A stretch of DNA of 64,000 nucleotides from Candidatus Woesearchaeota archaeon (GTDB lineage: Archaea; Nanobdellota; Nanobdellia; Woesearchaeales; ARS49). This document shows positions 37,728 to 48,317 of this stretch, one piece after another (positions within the stretch are counted from its first letter, which is position 1; the number at the start of each line of letters is the position of its first letter). The stretch is from assembly GCA_038891615.1 (NCBI GenBank), contig JAWADY010000003.1:32001-96000 (forward strand), in the 5' to 3' direction. A program made the position numbers and the translations under genes. The notes below the pieces were generated by a model. It saw only the letters and a list, made by a program, of their open reading frames with translations. It was not told the origin of the DNA and did no database searches.

Positions 37728-38810
37728 TTAGATTAAAGCTTTTAAGCCCAAAATTGCTATTCGTGGCTCTCTAAGCAGAACTTTTAGAAGGAGTTTTGCT
37801 GGAAATTCTCTTGGATATTTGCTCAGGACCTCTTTAACAGCAATGTGCGAGACATAGTTAAGTAAGGAATCATAATCTCTATCGCTAAAACGGTTTAGAA
37901 GGGCTCTTATTCTTGCATGCAGCCATAACTGAAAACGAAGAGGGCTAAGAAGTCTCTCATAGTTCTTTTGCTCATTTATTGCTTTTGCAGCAGCCTCTGC
38001 AGAAATGATTCCAGTTATTATCCCACCACCTGTTGTTGCCTTTGTCAGACCAGCTGCATCTCCAACAAGAAACACGCCCTTGGATGGCTCGCATACTTTT
38101 CTTTTGTGATAAAAAGGGATAAGGCCTCCTTCGATATGAGTTATCCGCTTTGGCTTTTGCTGTCTCAGAAAGTTATTAAATCTTTTATGTAGTTGCTGCT
38201 TACTGGCTAGTCCTATCTTGGCGCTATTTTCATTCAATGGAACAACCCAACAAAAAAAGTCACTAGCAACACTTCCAAAATATGCAGAAAACCTTTTTGG
38301 CTCAAACTCTCCTTCTACCACTGCTTGTGCGCCAAAATAAAAATGTTTTTGCCCTTCAAGGCCAAAAACACGCGCCACTTTGCTAAGTGGGCCATCCGCA
38401 CCAACTACAATATCAAAAGGTTCAACAACCCTTTTGTTGCCATTAACAAAAACAAGCTGCCCATCTTTTTTACCTAAAAAATGATGGCCGAGCTTGACCT
38501 GCGCACCTGCATCAAGTGCACGTTCTACAAGCCAGCTGTCAAAAGCGGCTCTGTCAAGAACCCATTCTTGCAAAGGTATCAAAGTTTTTGTTCGTGGACC
38601 AACCAGTAAGCACTCCTTTATTTCGTTTAGAATAAATTCCTTTATTTTAGGAACATGCTCCCAAAGCAGCCTTGTTACAAGCCCTGTGCAATGAACTGGC
38701 TTTCCCACAGTTCTGTGTTCTTCGTAAATTGTCACCTCGTGCCCTGTTTTTGCAAGAAGTCTTGCAACAGTTGCCCCGCTTGGGCCTGCACCAATAACAG
38801 CAATGCGCAT
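37728..38810 (-). CDS. Geranylgeranyl reductase family flavoprotein
   Basis: IGAGPSG, PVHCTG, LDRAAFD, GADG, WVVP, GDAAG...TGGGI. Confidence 0.9.
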   Translation of the reverse strand: MRIAVIGAGPSGATVARLLAKTGHEVTIYEEHRTVGKPVHCTGLVTRLLWEHVPKIKEFILNEIKECLLVGPRTKTLIPLQEWVLDRAAFDSWLVERALDAGAQVKLGHHFLGKKDGQLVFVNGNKRVVEPFDIVVGADGPLSKVARVFGLEGQKHFYFGAQAVVEGEFEPKRFSAYFGSVASDFFCWVVPLNENSAKIGLASKQQLHKRFNNFLRQQKPKRITHIEGGLIPFYHKRKVCEPSKGVFLVGDAAGLTKATTGGGIITGIISAEAAAKAINEQKNYERLLSPLRFQLWLHARIRALLNRFSDRDYDSLLNYVSHIAVKEVLSKYPREFPAKLLLKVLLREPRIAILGLKALI

Positions 38811-38904
38811 ACTCTTTGTTCAAAGCTTCTTAAATATAAATTATTCTAAATTCAACCAAAAAAGGTTCACTACATTTATAAATTTCCATTGCAAAACCCT
38901 TTTC

Positions 38905-39585
38905 ATGGGTAGAAAAATTTTCATAATAATTCCTGCATTCAACGAAGAAAAGATTATAAGAAAGGTTCTTACAGATTTAAAGTCCCATGGCTACAAAAAT
39001 TTAATTGTTATTAATGATGGAAGCACTGACAGAACTGCTGAGATTGCAAAGGAGGCAGGGGCAATTGTTTTGGAGCATGTGGTAAACCGTGGACAAGGGG
39101 CCGCTCTAAGAACAGGGATTGATTTCGCGCTAGCGCATGGGGCTGATATTATAGTAACCTTTGATGCTGATGGGCAACACGATCCTTCTGACATTCCATC
39201 CCTCATTGCTCCTATTGCGAGTGGAAAAGCAGATATCTCTCTTGGTTCAAGGTTCCTTGGCAAGAAGTCAAATGTTTCATTTGCAAAAAAGCTCGTGTTG
39301 AAAGCAGGCGCTGTTTTTTTAATGGCTATGTATGGCGTAAGATTGACTGATAGTCACAATGGTTTGCGCGCAATGTCTGCAAGAGCTGCTAAAGCACTTG
39401 AGCTATGTTCTGACAAAATGGAACATGCTTCAGAGATAATCGAAAAAATTGCCACAAAAAAACTTCGTTATGTCGAAGTTCCAGTAACTATAAAGTACAC
39501 CTCTTATGCGCTAGCAGATGGCCAAAGCCCTCTTGCAGCCATTAAGATAGCATTTAGGATGCTTGTCAACAAACTACTAAGGTGA
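38905..39585 (+). CDS. GT2 glycosyltransferase (DPM1-like)
   Basis: IPAFNE, DGSTD, NRGQGAA, DADGQH, GSRF. Confidence 0.92.
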   Translation: MGRKIFIIIPAFNEEKIIRKVLTDLKSHGYKNLIVINDGSTDRTAEIAKEAGAIVLEHVVNRGQGAALRTGIDFALAHGADIIVTFDADGQHDPSDIPSLIAPIASGKADISLGSRFLGKKSNVSFAKKLVLKAGAVFLMAMYGVRLTDSHNGLRAMSARAAKALELCSDKMEHASEIIEKIATKKLRYVEVPVTIKYTSYALADGQSPLAAIKIAFRMLVNKLLR

Positions 39586-39592
39586 CTAAGCA

Positions 39593-39940
39593 ATGGAAAT
39601 AGTACCAATTCAGATTGTCATCATTCTGTTTGCTCTATTCGCTTTCAGTAGGGCTGTGCTAAGGCTAAAGGATAAAGCTATTACAGTCGGCGAATTTATT
39701 TTTTGGAGCGCACTGTGGGGTTTTGTTATCATCCTAGCCGCGCATCCGGCTGTTGGCTCCATTTTTTCTGAAACTTTTGGTGTGCGAAGAACTGTCGATT
39801 TCGTAATCTATGTTAGCCTACTTCTTTTATTTTATCTGATTTTTAGGATATATGTCAAGACCGAAAGACTTGAGCAAGCCATAACAAAGCTGACAAGGGT
39901 GCTTGCATTAGAAAAAGCTGAACAAAAAAGGTTAAAATGA
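39593..39940 (+). CDS. DUF2304-like small membrane protein
   Basis: Three TMs plus IT-L-R-LAL tail; typical partner of DPM1-like GT2. Confidence 0.8.
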   Translation: MEIVPIQIVIILFALFAFSRAVLRLKDKAITVGEFIFWSALWGFVIILAAHPAVGSIFSETFGVRRTVDFVIYVSLLLLFYLIFRIYVKTERLEQAITKLTRVLALEKAEQKRLK

Positions 39941-41091
39941 AAATCCTTCTTGTTAGCGAGTATTTCCCAAAGTCCGAAGATTGTGAAGTGCGGGGAGGCG
40001 CAGAAGCGCGTTGCTTTTTCATAGCAAAAGAACTGGCCAAGAGGCACAGCGTGACTGTTCTAACCTCTTGGGAAAACGGAACTCCACGCGAGAGCTCCTT
40101 TGCAGGAATTCGCGTACTTAGGTGCGGCAAGCAACGCAGTTATTCCCAAACAGGTTCTTTTCTTGCACGCATAAGCTTTGCCCTTGAAGCAATAAGGATT
40201 GGCAAAAAGATGAAAGCAGAAATTGTTGACGCTCAGAATTTTATAAGCTATCTTCCAGCCTATTCAATTGCAAGGTCGATCGGAGCAAAGGCTGTTGCAA
40301 CCTACCATGATGTCTGGGTTGGCAGATGGATAAGTAATGTTGGTCTTGTTGATGGAGTGTTGGGCGAGTTTTGGGAAAGACTGACCCTTTCAAAGCATTG
40401 GGACCATTTCATTGCAAACAGCAACTTCACAAAAACGAATCTCATCCGCGCAGGTATTCCCCCAAGCAAGATTTCGGTTGTTCATAATGGTGTAGACCTC
40501 TCACTTCATAGCAAAGTTAGAACGAGAAAGTCACCCAGCCCAACAATATCCTGTGTTGCCAGACTTGTGTCTTACAAAAGGATAGATGACTTGATTAAGG
40601 CGATTGCGCTTTTGAAAAAGGACTTTCCCAACCTAAGATGTGAAATAGTTGGCGCTGGTCCAGAAGAAGCAAAGTTAAAAAAATTAGTAAGTCAGCTTGG
40701 ACTTGAAAGCAGCATTGATTTTCTTGGCACACTACCAAGCTACAAAGAAGTGCTTTCTGTCATAAAACGCTCACACATTCTCTGCCTTCCATCTGTTGTG
40801 GAAGGCTTCGGAATTGTGATTGTTGATGCAATAGCTTGTGGAGTACCCTATGTTGCAGCAGCCATACCACCAATACTCGAAGTTACAGAAAATGGCAAGG
40901 CTGGGCTTCTTTTCAACCCAGCTGATCATAAGGACTTAGCACGAAAAATGAAGTCTCTGCTACTTAATAAAACGCTTTATGCAAGAAAAGTTGCTGAATC
41001 TGCCGCTCTTGCAAAGAAATACGATTGGAAAACGCTTGCAAGAGAGGTTAAATCTGTCTACGCAACAATCTTAGAAAGAAAACATTTTTAA
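39937..41091 (+). CDS. GT4 glycosyltransferase
   Basis: GGAE, HNGVD, RLVSYKR, EGFGIVIVDA. Confidence 0.92.
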   Translation: MKILLVSEYFPKSEDCEVRGGAEARCFFIAKELAKRHSVTVLTSWENGTPRESSFAGIRVLRCGKQRSYSQTGSFLARISFALEAIRIGKKMKAEIVDAQNFISYLPAYSIARSIGAKAVATYHDVWVGRWISNVGLVDGVLGEFWERLTLSKHWDHFIANSNFTKTNLIRAGIPPSKISVVHNGVDLSLHSKVRTRKSPSPTISCVARLVSYKRIDDLIKAIALLKKDFPNLRCEIVGAGPEEAKLKKLVSQLGLESSIDFLGTLPSYKEVLSVIKRSHILCLPSVVEGFGIVIVDAIACGVPYVAAAIPPILEVTENGKAGLLFNPADHKDLARKMKSLLLNKTLYARKVAESAALAKKYDWKTLAREVKSVYATILERKHF

Positions 41092-41127
41092 GCGTTGAGC
41101 AGCTTTTAGCGCTGGGGGTTCCTATCG

Positions 41128-44031
41128 ATGGGTTTAGACGACTCAAAAAACGAAGGAGATGAACTTGAACTAGACCTTAGAAATATTTTTTCTTTTTTCA
41201 AAAGCAAGCGGTCTGAGCCTAAAGAAAGCACTGTTGAAGAACATAAAAATCCTCCAACAACTCAATCTGGCTCTCATGATTCAGAAGAGTTTTCCCTAAA
41301 TCTTAGTGCAGCAGCACTTTTTTTGAAAAGGCATTACCTCTGGCTGCTTCTTCTTGTGCCAATATTTCTGAGCATCTACTTTAGAATGACTCCTGCAAGC
41401 TTGCCAATAACAGAGGAATGGGCCAAAAATAATGTTCACAATTTCATAAAGCAGGACCTCTTGAACTTTGTCAACCAAAACTATCCAAACCTTCCAATAA
41501 CTAACAAGAACAGATTGATTGAAGAAGAGTTTTCAAAGGCAATTAAGCAAGATTTTTACCAGGTTAAGACAGGGCAATATCAAGGGCAAAGCTTTAGAAT
41601 AGCTGATCAGATAAAACAAAATGCCGAATTACTAAAGGAATTCTGGCAGTATGAGAGCAATGGAAAGAAATTTGTATACATGCCAGACATAGACCCTTAC
41701 ACTTATTTGCGATACGCCAGAAATCTGCTTGAGAAAGGTCATGTTGGTGATGAGATAAGGAATGGTTTGGATTGGGACAATCACATGATTGCCCCTCTTG
41801 GTGCCGGTGTTGATAAAACAGGCCATCCTTATGTTCTCCTTGCACTTTACAAGATAATTAAAATTTTTAAACCATCTGCAGACTTGATGAATGCAGCAAC
41901 ATATTTCCCAATCATATTCTCAACAATCTCGGTAATTCCTGCATTTTTCATTGGCAGAAAACTTGCAGGAAATGTTGGAGGTCTTTTTGCTTCTACAATG
42001 CTCGCGATACATCCAGCATTTCTAAACAGGACAACATGGGGTCATTCAGATACTGATGCATATGTTATTTTCTTTGCCTTATTTATTAGCTGGCTTTTTC
42101 TGGAAGCACTCGAAGTCAAAAAGCTGTCCAAAAAATTGGCCCTTTCTACAGGCGCGGGTGTATTAACAGGCCTATTTACTTATTTTTGGGGAGGGTGGTG
42201 GCATATTTTAGATTTTATGCTAGCCACCGCAGGTATTTATTTCTTTTATTTACTTTTCATAAACTTAAAAGCAAACAACATCAAAAACATAGAATCTTAT
42301 AAAATCCTGTTAATTGTTATAACATTTATTTTAGCAGCAATTTTTATAGGTTCAATTTTCATTGGATTTAAAGGAGTACTTTCCGCGCCGCTCGGGCCTT
42401 TTAGGTTTATGCGAATAAAAGAAGCTACAAAGTTATCTCTCTGGCCAAATGTTTATACCACAGTTGCAGAACTCAACGAAGCCTCTTTTTCTCAGATTGT
42501 CAATGTAATTGGAGGAAAATTTCTTTTTGTACTTATTCTGGCAGGAATTGCACTTGCAGCTCTAAAACGAGATGGACAAGGCAAACTTGATCCTAAATAT
42601 CTCATTCTTTTGCTTATATGGTTTGTTGCAACAATCTATGCAAGTACAAAAGGAATAAGATTTACAATGTTAATCGTGCCTCCCCTTTCGATAGCTTTTG
42701 GAACATTTATAGGCAAAGCTTTTGAATATGCAAACGGCTTTTGTGAAAGGAGCTTACACCTTAGTAAAAAAGTAGTTGCACCAGTGCTTTTGCTTTTGTT
42801 CGCTATTGCACTCTTTAGTCCTGCAAAGGCATGGTACCAAAGCACCATAAATGACATTCCAATAGTGAACGATGCGTGGTGGAACACTCTAACAAAAATA
42901 AGGCAAGAATCCCAGCCAAATGCGATAATAAACTCTTGGTGGGACTTTGGTCACCATTTCAAATACATTGCAGATAGAGCTGTAACATTTGATGGCGCAA
43001 GCCAGAACAAGCCCATGGCTCATTGGATTGGGAAGGTGTTGTTGACCGGGAATGAAGAAGAAGCAATTGGAATTCTTAGGATGCTTGATTGTGGCAGCAA
43101 CAGCGCATTCAAAGAGCTTGACAAAAAGATAAATGATGCTTCAAAAACAGTTAAGCTTCTCTACGAGCTTGTTGTGCTTGATAAAAGCGGTGCTGAAAAA
43201 CTGCTTAAAGAAAATGGGCTCTTAAAAGATGAAATTCAAAATGTTTTAAGATACACCCATTGTGAGCCACCCGAAGACTACTTTATAACTTCAGACGATA
43301 TGATAAGCAAAGCTGGTGTTTGGGCTCATTTTGGAAGCTGGAATTTTGATCGCGCTGATTTATGGCTGTCACGCAATGAGCCAAAAGAAAAATTTGTGCA
43401 AAAGGCGGTAAAAGACAACAATTACTCACAAGAAGAAGCCTTGAGATTGTACACCGAGCTTCAAGGAATAAAAACAGAACGTGAGGGTAATAGTTGGATC
43501 GCGCCATGGCCAAACTATGCTTCTGGTCTAGCAAGCTGCAGTCAAAAAAAGAACATCGTTGAGTGTAACAATGGAATAACCATTAACCTTGAAAACTATA
43601 GCGCAACAATCCCAACAAATAATGGCATAATCCAGCCATCATCAGTTGTTTATGTTGAAGGTCCTGATGTTGTTGAAAAAAAGTTTAATACAAGTAATGA
43701 CCTTTCACTGTCATTAATTCCTGTTGAGGGCGGTTATCAAGTAATTCTGATGCAGAAGGAGCTTGGGCTATCGATGTTCAACAGGCTGTACTTCTTCAGA
43801 GGTCATGGATTAAGGCATTTCAAGCTCTTTGACGCGCAGAGACAGTTAAGCGGTGGATGGATTTATACTTGGAAGGTTGATTGGGATGGTGGTGACAAGA
43901 ACGAAGTTTATGTTTCTGAAAAGCAGAACAAAACTACTGAAGTTATAAAAGTTGAAGATGAACAAGAATCAACCAATAAAAGCTCAACAAATGGAGCTGA
44001 AAATGTAACATCCACTGTATTGGTCGAATAA
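41128..44031 (+). CDS. aglB: Oligosaccharyltransferase AglB (STT3)
   Basis: DPY, DTD, TVAE, WWDFGH, DG motifs; multi-TM N-terminal half. Confidence 0.94.
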   Translation: MGLDDSKNEGDELELDLRNIFSFFKSKRSEPKESTVEEHKNPPTTQSGSHDSEEFSLNLSAAALFLKRHYLWLLLLVPIFLSIYFRMTPASLPITEEWAKNNVHNFIKQDLLNFVNQNYPNLPITNKNRLIEEEFSKAIKQDFYQVKTGQYQGQSFRIADQIKQNAELLKEFWQYESNGKKFVYMPDIDPYTYLRYARNLLEKGHVGDEIRNGLDWDNHMIAPLGAGVDKTGHPYVLLALYKIIKIFKPSADLMNAATYFPIIFSTISVIPAFFIGRKLAGNVGGLFASTMLAIHPAFLNRTTWGHSDTDAYVIFFALFISWLFLEALEVKKLSKKLALSTGAGVLTGLFTYFWGGWWHILDFMLATAGIYFFYLLFINLKANNIKNIESYKILLIVITFILAAIFIGSIFIGFKGVLSAPLGPFRFMRIKEATKLSLWPNVYTTVAELNEASFSQIVNVIGGKFLFVLILAGIALAALKRDGQGKLDPKYLILLLIWFVATIYASTKGIRFTMLIVPPLSIAFGTFIGKAFEYANGFCERSLHLSKKVVAPVLLLLFAIALFSPAKAWYQSTINDIPIVNDAWWNTLTKIRQESQPNAIINSWWDFGHHFKYIADRAVTFDGASQNKPMAHWIGKVLLTGNEEEAIGILRMLDCGSNSAFKELDKKINDASKTVKLLYELVVLDKSGAEKLLKENGLLKDEIQNVLRYTHCEPPEDYFITSDDMISKAGVWAHFGSWNFDRADLWLSRNEPKEKFVQKAVKDNNYSQEEALRLYTELQGIKTEREGNSWIAPWPNYASGLASCSQKKNIVECNNGITINLENYSATIPTNNGIIQPSSVVYVEGPDVVEKKFNTSNDLSLSLIPVEGGYQVILMQKELGLSMFNRLYFFRGHGLRHFKLFDAQRQLSGGWIYTWKVDWDGGDKNEVYVSEKQNKTTEVIKVEDEQESTNKSSTNGAENVTSTVLVE

Positions 44032-44062
44032 AATACATGTATGAAAAGAATTTGTTTGTAAA

Positions 44063-45001
44063 ATGGTCAAGCCAAGGATTTCGATTGTAATGCCTGCACA
44101 CAACGAAAGAGCCAACATTCCCCTACTCTATGCTGAGTTAAAGTCGGTCCTCGATAAAATTGGCAAACCGTGGGAAATTATCTTAGTTGATGATGGAAGC
44201 AATGACGGAACCTTTTTTGAGGCAAAAGCTATAAATTTAAAAGACAAAAGGTTTAGGGTTGTTCGCTTCAGGAAAAATTTCGGCCAAACAGCTGCTCTTG
44301 ATGCAGGGTTTAAAGCTGCAAAAGGAGAAATAATTATCTCATTAGACGCTGATCTTCAAGACGATCCTTCAGAGATACCAAAATTCCTACAAAAACTTGA
44401 TGAAGGTTGGGATGTTGTTTGTGGATGGAGATTCAAAAGGCACGACAGCATATCAAAGCGCCTTTTCTCAAGGCTTGCAAATCTTTTGCGAAGAATCTTT
44501 CTTGGTCCTGGAGTTCACGATGCTGGTTGTACTTTTAGGGCATACAGATCTGAAGCCTTAAAGAATTTAGCCCTTTTTGGAGAAATGCATCGCTATTTAC
44601 CTTATTTATTGATGTGGAAGGGGTTTAAAGTTACAGAAATAAAAATTAACCACAGACCTCGAAGGTTTGGAAAGACAAAGTATGGTTTAACAAGGCTTCC
44701 TAAGGGAATAATTGACATGTTCATTATGAAATTTTGGATGAATTACAGTGCAAGACCAGGGCATCTTTTCGGAGGGCTTGGTTTTTTTCTTGGCTTGATT
44801 GGTCTACTAATTGGTGGCTGGCTCGTCACAGAGAAGGCGCTTTTTGGCTCACAGCTTGCAAATAGACCGCTGCTTCTTCTTTCTGTTCTTCTTGTTGTGC
44901 TTGGGGCTCAGTTCTTCTTATTTGGAGTTCTGGCAGACATATTGGTAAAAATTTATTATAAAAACTTGACACCTTATGAAATTGAGAAGGTGCTCAAATA
45001 A
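44063..45001 (+). CDS. GT2 polyprenol-phosphate glycosyltransferase (ArnC/GtrB-like)
   Basis: DDGSND, NFGQTAA, DADLQD, GEMHRY; two C-terminal TMs. Confidence 0.92.
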   Translation: MVKPRISIVMPAHNERANIPLLYAELKSVLDKIGKPWEIILVDDGSNDGTFFEAKAINLKDKRFRVVRFRKNFGQTAALDAGFKAAKGEIIISLDADLQDDPSEIPKFLQKLDEGWDVVCGWRFKRHDSISKRLFSRLANLLRRIFLGPGVHDAGCTFRAYRSEALKNLALFGEMHRYLPYLLMWKGFKVTEIKINHRPRRFGKTKYGLTRLPKGIIDMFIMKFWMNYSARPGHLFGGLGFFLGLIGLLIGGWLVTEKALFGSQLANRPLLLLSVLLVVLGAQFFLFGVLADILVKIYYKNLTPYEIEKVLK

Positions 45002-45086
45002 GTGAGTCAAAAAATTTTTCTCTCCAACAGCCCTTTTCTATTTGAAAAGGATTGTGATTGTTTTTGGTACGAAAAGGCATTTTTCG

Positions 45087-45872
45087 CTACTTTTTGATTG
45101 CTTTTACCATCACTCCTCCTTTTTTTGTAAAAGGACATAGCGCATCAAGCTGCATAATTGAATATATCGCAAAGAACGAAAGTTGTGCCAAAAAACTTGA
45201 GTCATACATCTCTTCTCTTGCTTTGCTAATCCTTTTGGCACCCAGAATTGCATAAAATACCTCATTTACAAGCCTGGAAAAGAAGCCATAGTATTCTATG
45301 TGCTTTGTCACTTCAAAACCATTTCTTTCAAGCAGAGCCTTTAGTTCTGGATAGCTGTAGCCAGCGCTCTTGTGGCCGATTGCCTTGAGATGTTCACTAA
45401 AGCTTATTCCAGTCAAAGACTTTGTAAGATAGTAAGGAGTTGGAACAGAGACTATAAATATTCCTCTTCTTTTAAGCACCCTTCTGATTTCACTAATTAC
45501 CTTTTGGCTGTCATCCACGTGTTCGAGGACATCAAGACAGATAACTTGTGAAAATGATGAATCCTTGAAGGGTATTTTCTCTGCGTTAGCAAGAACAAAT
45601 TTTATGTTTAATCCACACGCTTGGGCTGCTTTTTTTGCATATTCTAAACTTCTTTTGTTTGTGTCAAGCCCAACAACCTCAATTCCAAGTTTTGCTAGTT
45701 CTCTGCAAAATGCACCCTCGCCACAGCCAACGTCAAGCGTTTTGCTTTTCTTTTCAACCAATTTAAAGAAATGTTTTGCCCTCAGTCGACCGCTTGGATG
45801 CGGCAGCCCAACTATTTTAAACAAAAAATCTTTTAGCTTGTTCTTTTGTGGAAAATAACCAAATGCCACCAT
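45087..45872 (-). CDS. Class I SAM-dependent methyltransferase
   Basis: LDVGCGEG, DVLEHV, RVLK...SVPT. Confidence 0.9.
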   Translation of the reverse strand: MVAFGYFPQKNKLKDFLFKIVGLPHPSGRLRAKHFFKLVEKKSKTLDVGCGEGAFCRELAKLGIEVVGLDTNKRSLEYAKKAAQACGLNIKFVLANAEKIPFKDSSFSQVICLDVLEHVDDSQKVISEIRRVLKRRGIFIVSVPTPYYLTKSLTGISFSEHLKAIGHKSAGYSYPELKALLERNGFEVTKHIEYYGFFSRLVNEVFYAILGAKRISKAREEMYDSSFLAQLSFFAIYSIMQLDALCPFTKKGGVMVKAIKK

Positions 45873-47540
45873 TTATTCAAAATTTATATACCAAATGATT
45901 ACTTTTCCTCGCGTTAGTTCATATTCCTTTCTGTTAGGTTGCCTGTTTTTGAGCATATCATTCAGCAGACTTTCGTTAAAGCTTCCTCCTTTCTTCATTA
46001 GGAAATAAAGAGGAACATTTCCTTGTTGAGTTTGCTGAAATGCTAGTTGCGCCAAACCATAGCTCTCTTTTATCTTATCCCACAACTCGCTTTTTTGCAT
46101 TATTGAAAATCCCCACTGATAAATAAACAACCATCTTGCTCCATTTGCTTCTTTATCCGCAAGCTCTTGTGCATCTTTTGGCAGCTTGAATCCTTTTCTG
46201 TCAGCATACCACATCAAACCGTAACCTTGACCGCTTGAGTGCATTATTTTGTCACCAGGCTTTGAATGCTCGTTTATGTAACTTCCTGCAACGTCAAGAC
46301 CAAGAAACTGAGTATCAAACAAACGGTTCTTCGCAGTCACTTCGCCTTCAACAATTCCAAACCCAAAATAAAGTAGTCCTGCAAGCGCAATAATTCCAAC
46401 TGCTTTGAGGAACTTTATTTTGAAAAGGCTTGTTATGCTCGATGTTATCCCTATAATTGCCATAGACTCGAGAAGCACAAAAACTGGTGAAGCTGGAAAT
46501 TGATGATATGCGTGCCCTTCGAGGTATTTTGCGCTTATTATAAGCCAAGGGATTATGCTCAATACAAAACCAAAAAGGAATTTGTTTCCATCACTTTTGT
46601 TTTTCAGATAAAAAAATATGAGAAAGAGCAAACCCATTCCTGCGAGCAAAACTCCGAACATTGTGTAGTTGTCGCGCAAATAGGCTATTATTGGCTTCCA
46701 CCATTCTGAATTAAGCAAAAGCGATGGTTTCATTCCTTCTGGAACAATAGGTACACCTAGAGCCTTTCCTAAGGCTTTGTTGTAAATGAGCCACGCAGGA
46801 ATAAGTAAGAGCACGAGTCCTCCAACTAAGAACTGTTTCCAATACTGCTTTTCAACAAACCTTTTGTAAGGAAACATGACAAGCATTGGGAAAATAATTG
46901 TAAAGTGGTCGTATCTAGATACGAATCCAATTGTAAAAGTGCTTGTTGTAAGCAACATGTTTTTCATGTTTGGATTTTCTTTCCAACAAAGGAAAAAATA
47001 TCCTGATACAAGCATAAAGAACATCGCGTAAGGCTCCAACTGCACTTGCCTTCCAAAGAAAACGAACAAAGGCAAAGTGGCTGTAATAAAAGCAGCAACG
47101 AGAGCAAAATCCTCGCGTTTGAAAAGCCTTCTAACAAGCACATACATTACGACAATTGTTGCCACACTGAAAAGTACACTAGAGAGCCTTGCAACCCTAA
47201 GGCTTTGTCCAAAAATTTTGAATAGGCCTGCCACTACAATTGAAGTTAGCGGGAATGAATCTGGATGTTCGCCATATTTTCCTTCAGTTCCTTGGTAATA
47301 ATCGTATTCCGGGACAAAAATGCCGTGCTTGAAGAACCCATCTCTTGCAAAATTCCTGGCTTCGGTCAGATAATGTGTTTCCTTCCAGTTATGATAGCCG
47401 ATGACAGGATAATCAATGTGATAGCTTCTAAGGTAAAAGCCAAATATGATTATTAAACAGAGAAGAATCAAGTTCCACCGCCTCTTTAGAAAATTGGACG
47501 CAACACTATATTGTGGTTCAATTGCACGCCCTTCTTCCAT
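45873..47540 (-). CDS. GT-C fold (ArnT/PMT-like) membrane glycosyltransferase
   Basis: Multi-TM, E-x-x-Y...ARNF, ARLSSVLFS; ATG 47540 lies 30 nt from the TATA. Confidence 0.82.
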   Translation of the reverse strand: MEEGRAIEPQYSVASNFLKRRWNLILLCLIIIFGFYLRSYHIDYPVIGYHNWKETHYLTEARNFARDGFFKHGIFVPEYDYYQGTEGKYGEHPDSFPLTSIVVAGLFKIFGQSLRVARLSSVLFSVATIVVMYVLVRRLFKREDFALVAAFITATLPLFVFFGRQVQLEPYAMFFMLVSGYFFLCWKENPNMKNMLLTTSTFTIGFVSRYDHFTIIFPMLVMFPYKRFVEKQYWKQFLVGGLVLLLIPAWLIYNKALGKALGVPIVPEGMKPSLLLNSEWWKPIIAYLRDNYTMFGVLLAGMGLLFLIFFYLKNKSDGNKFLFGFVLSIIPWLIISAKYLEGHAYHQFPASPVFVLLESMAIIGITSSITSLFKIKFLKAVGIIALAGLLYFGFGIVEGEVTAKNRLFDTQFLGLDVAGSYINEHSKPGDKIMHSSGQGYGLMWYADRKGFKLPKDAQELADKEANGARWLFIYQWGFSIMQKSELWDKIKESYGLAQLAFQQTQQGNVPLYFLMKKGGSFNESLLNDMLKNRQPNRKEYELTRGKVIIWYINFE

Positions 47541-47562
47541 GCAAAAGACTTGAAGCATCATA

Positions 47563-47570
47563 TTTATAAA
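47563..47570. promoter_or_regulatory. Palindromic TATA box shared by divergent genes
   Basis: TTTATAAA at -30 from ATG 47540 (minus) and -31 from ATG 47594 (plus). Confidence 0.55.
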
Positions 47571-47593
47571 CTTTCTTAGGGTTACAAAAATGA

Positions 47594-48316
47594 ATGGCTA
47601 AAAAAAAGAACATTTGGCTTTCGGTTATAATTCCTGCTTATAACGAAGAAAAAAGAATTGGCAATACACTAAAGAGGATTAGTAGTTTCTTAGATAAAAA
47701 GAAGTTTAGCTATGAAATATTGGTTGTTAATGATGGTAGCAGTGACAAGACACTAGATGTTGCTTGCAGGTTCAAAAATGTCAAGGTAATAAGTTACGAT
47801 AAGAATAGAGGTAAAGGCTATGCTGTAAGAAAAGGAATGCTGGCTGCAAGGGGCGACTTGCTTTTGTTCTCAGATGCAGACCTCTCTACGCCAATAGAAG
47901 AGCTTGACAGATTTTTGAGGTTTATTGATGCTTATGACATCGTGATCGCTTCGAGGGCTTTGAAAGGTGCTAATATAAAACTGCGCCAACCATTTTATAG
48001 GGAATTTATTGGCAAGCTGTTTAATGCTCTTGTTCAGTTGCTTGTCTTACGTGGAATCAAAGATACGCAATGCGGATTCAAGCTTTTCACAAGGTCTGCC
48101 GCAAAGAAAATATTCTCAAAGCAATGCATTAATGGATTTGGTTTTGATGTCGAGGTGTTGTATCTTGCAAGGAAATATAACCTCAAGATAAAGGAACTTC
48201 CTGTAACCTGGGTAAACTCTGCTGATAGCAAAGTAAGGCTTGTTCGTGATGCGATTAGGATGTTGCGCGATATGCTACAAATAAAACTCAACGATATGTG
48301 GGGGAAATACAATTAA
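47594..48316 (+). CDS. Dolichyl-phosphate hexose synthase-like GT2 (ALG5-like)
   Basis: NRGKGYAVRKG, DADLSTP, DTQCGFKLF, FDVE. Confidence 0.92.
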   Translation: MAKKKNIWLSVIIPAYNEEKRIGNTLKRISSFLDKKKFSYEILVVNDGSSDKTLDVACRFKNVKVISYDKNRGKGYAVRKGMLAARGDLLLFSDADLSTPIEELDRFLRFIDAYDIVIASRALKGANIKLRQPFYREFIGKLFNALVQLLVLRGIKDTQCGFKLFTRSAAKKIFSKQCINGFGFDVEVLYLARKYNLKIKELPVTWVNSADSKVRLVRDAIRMLRDMLQIKLNDMWGKYN

Positions 48317-48317
48317 A

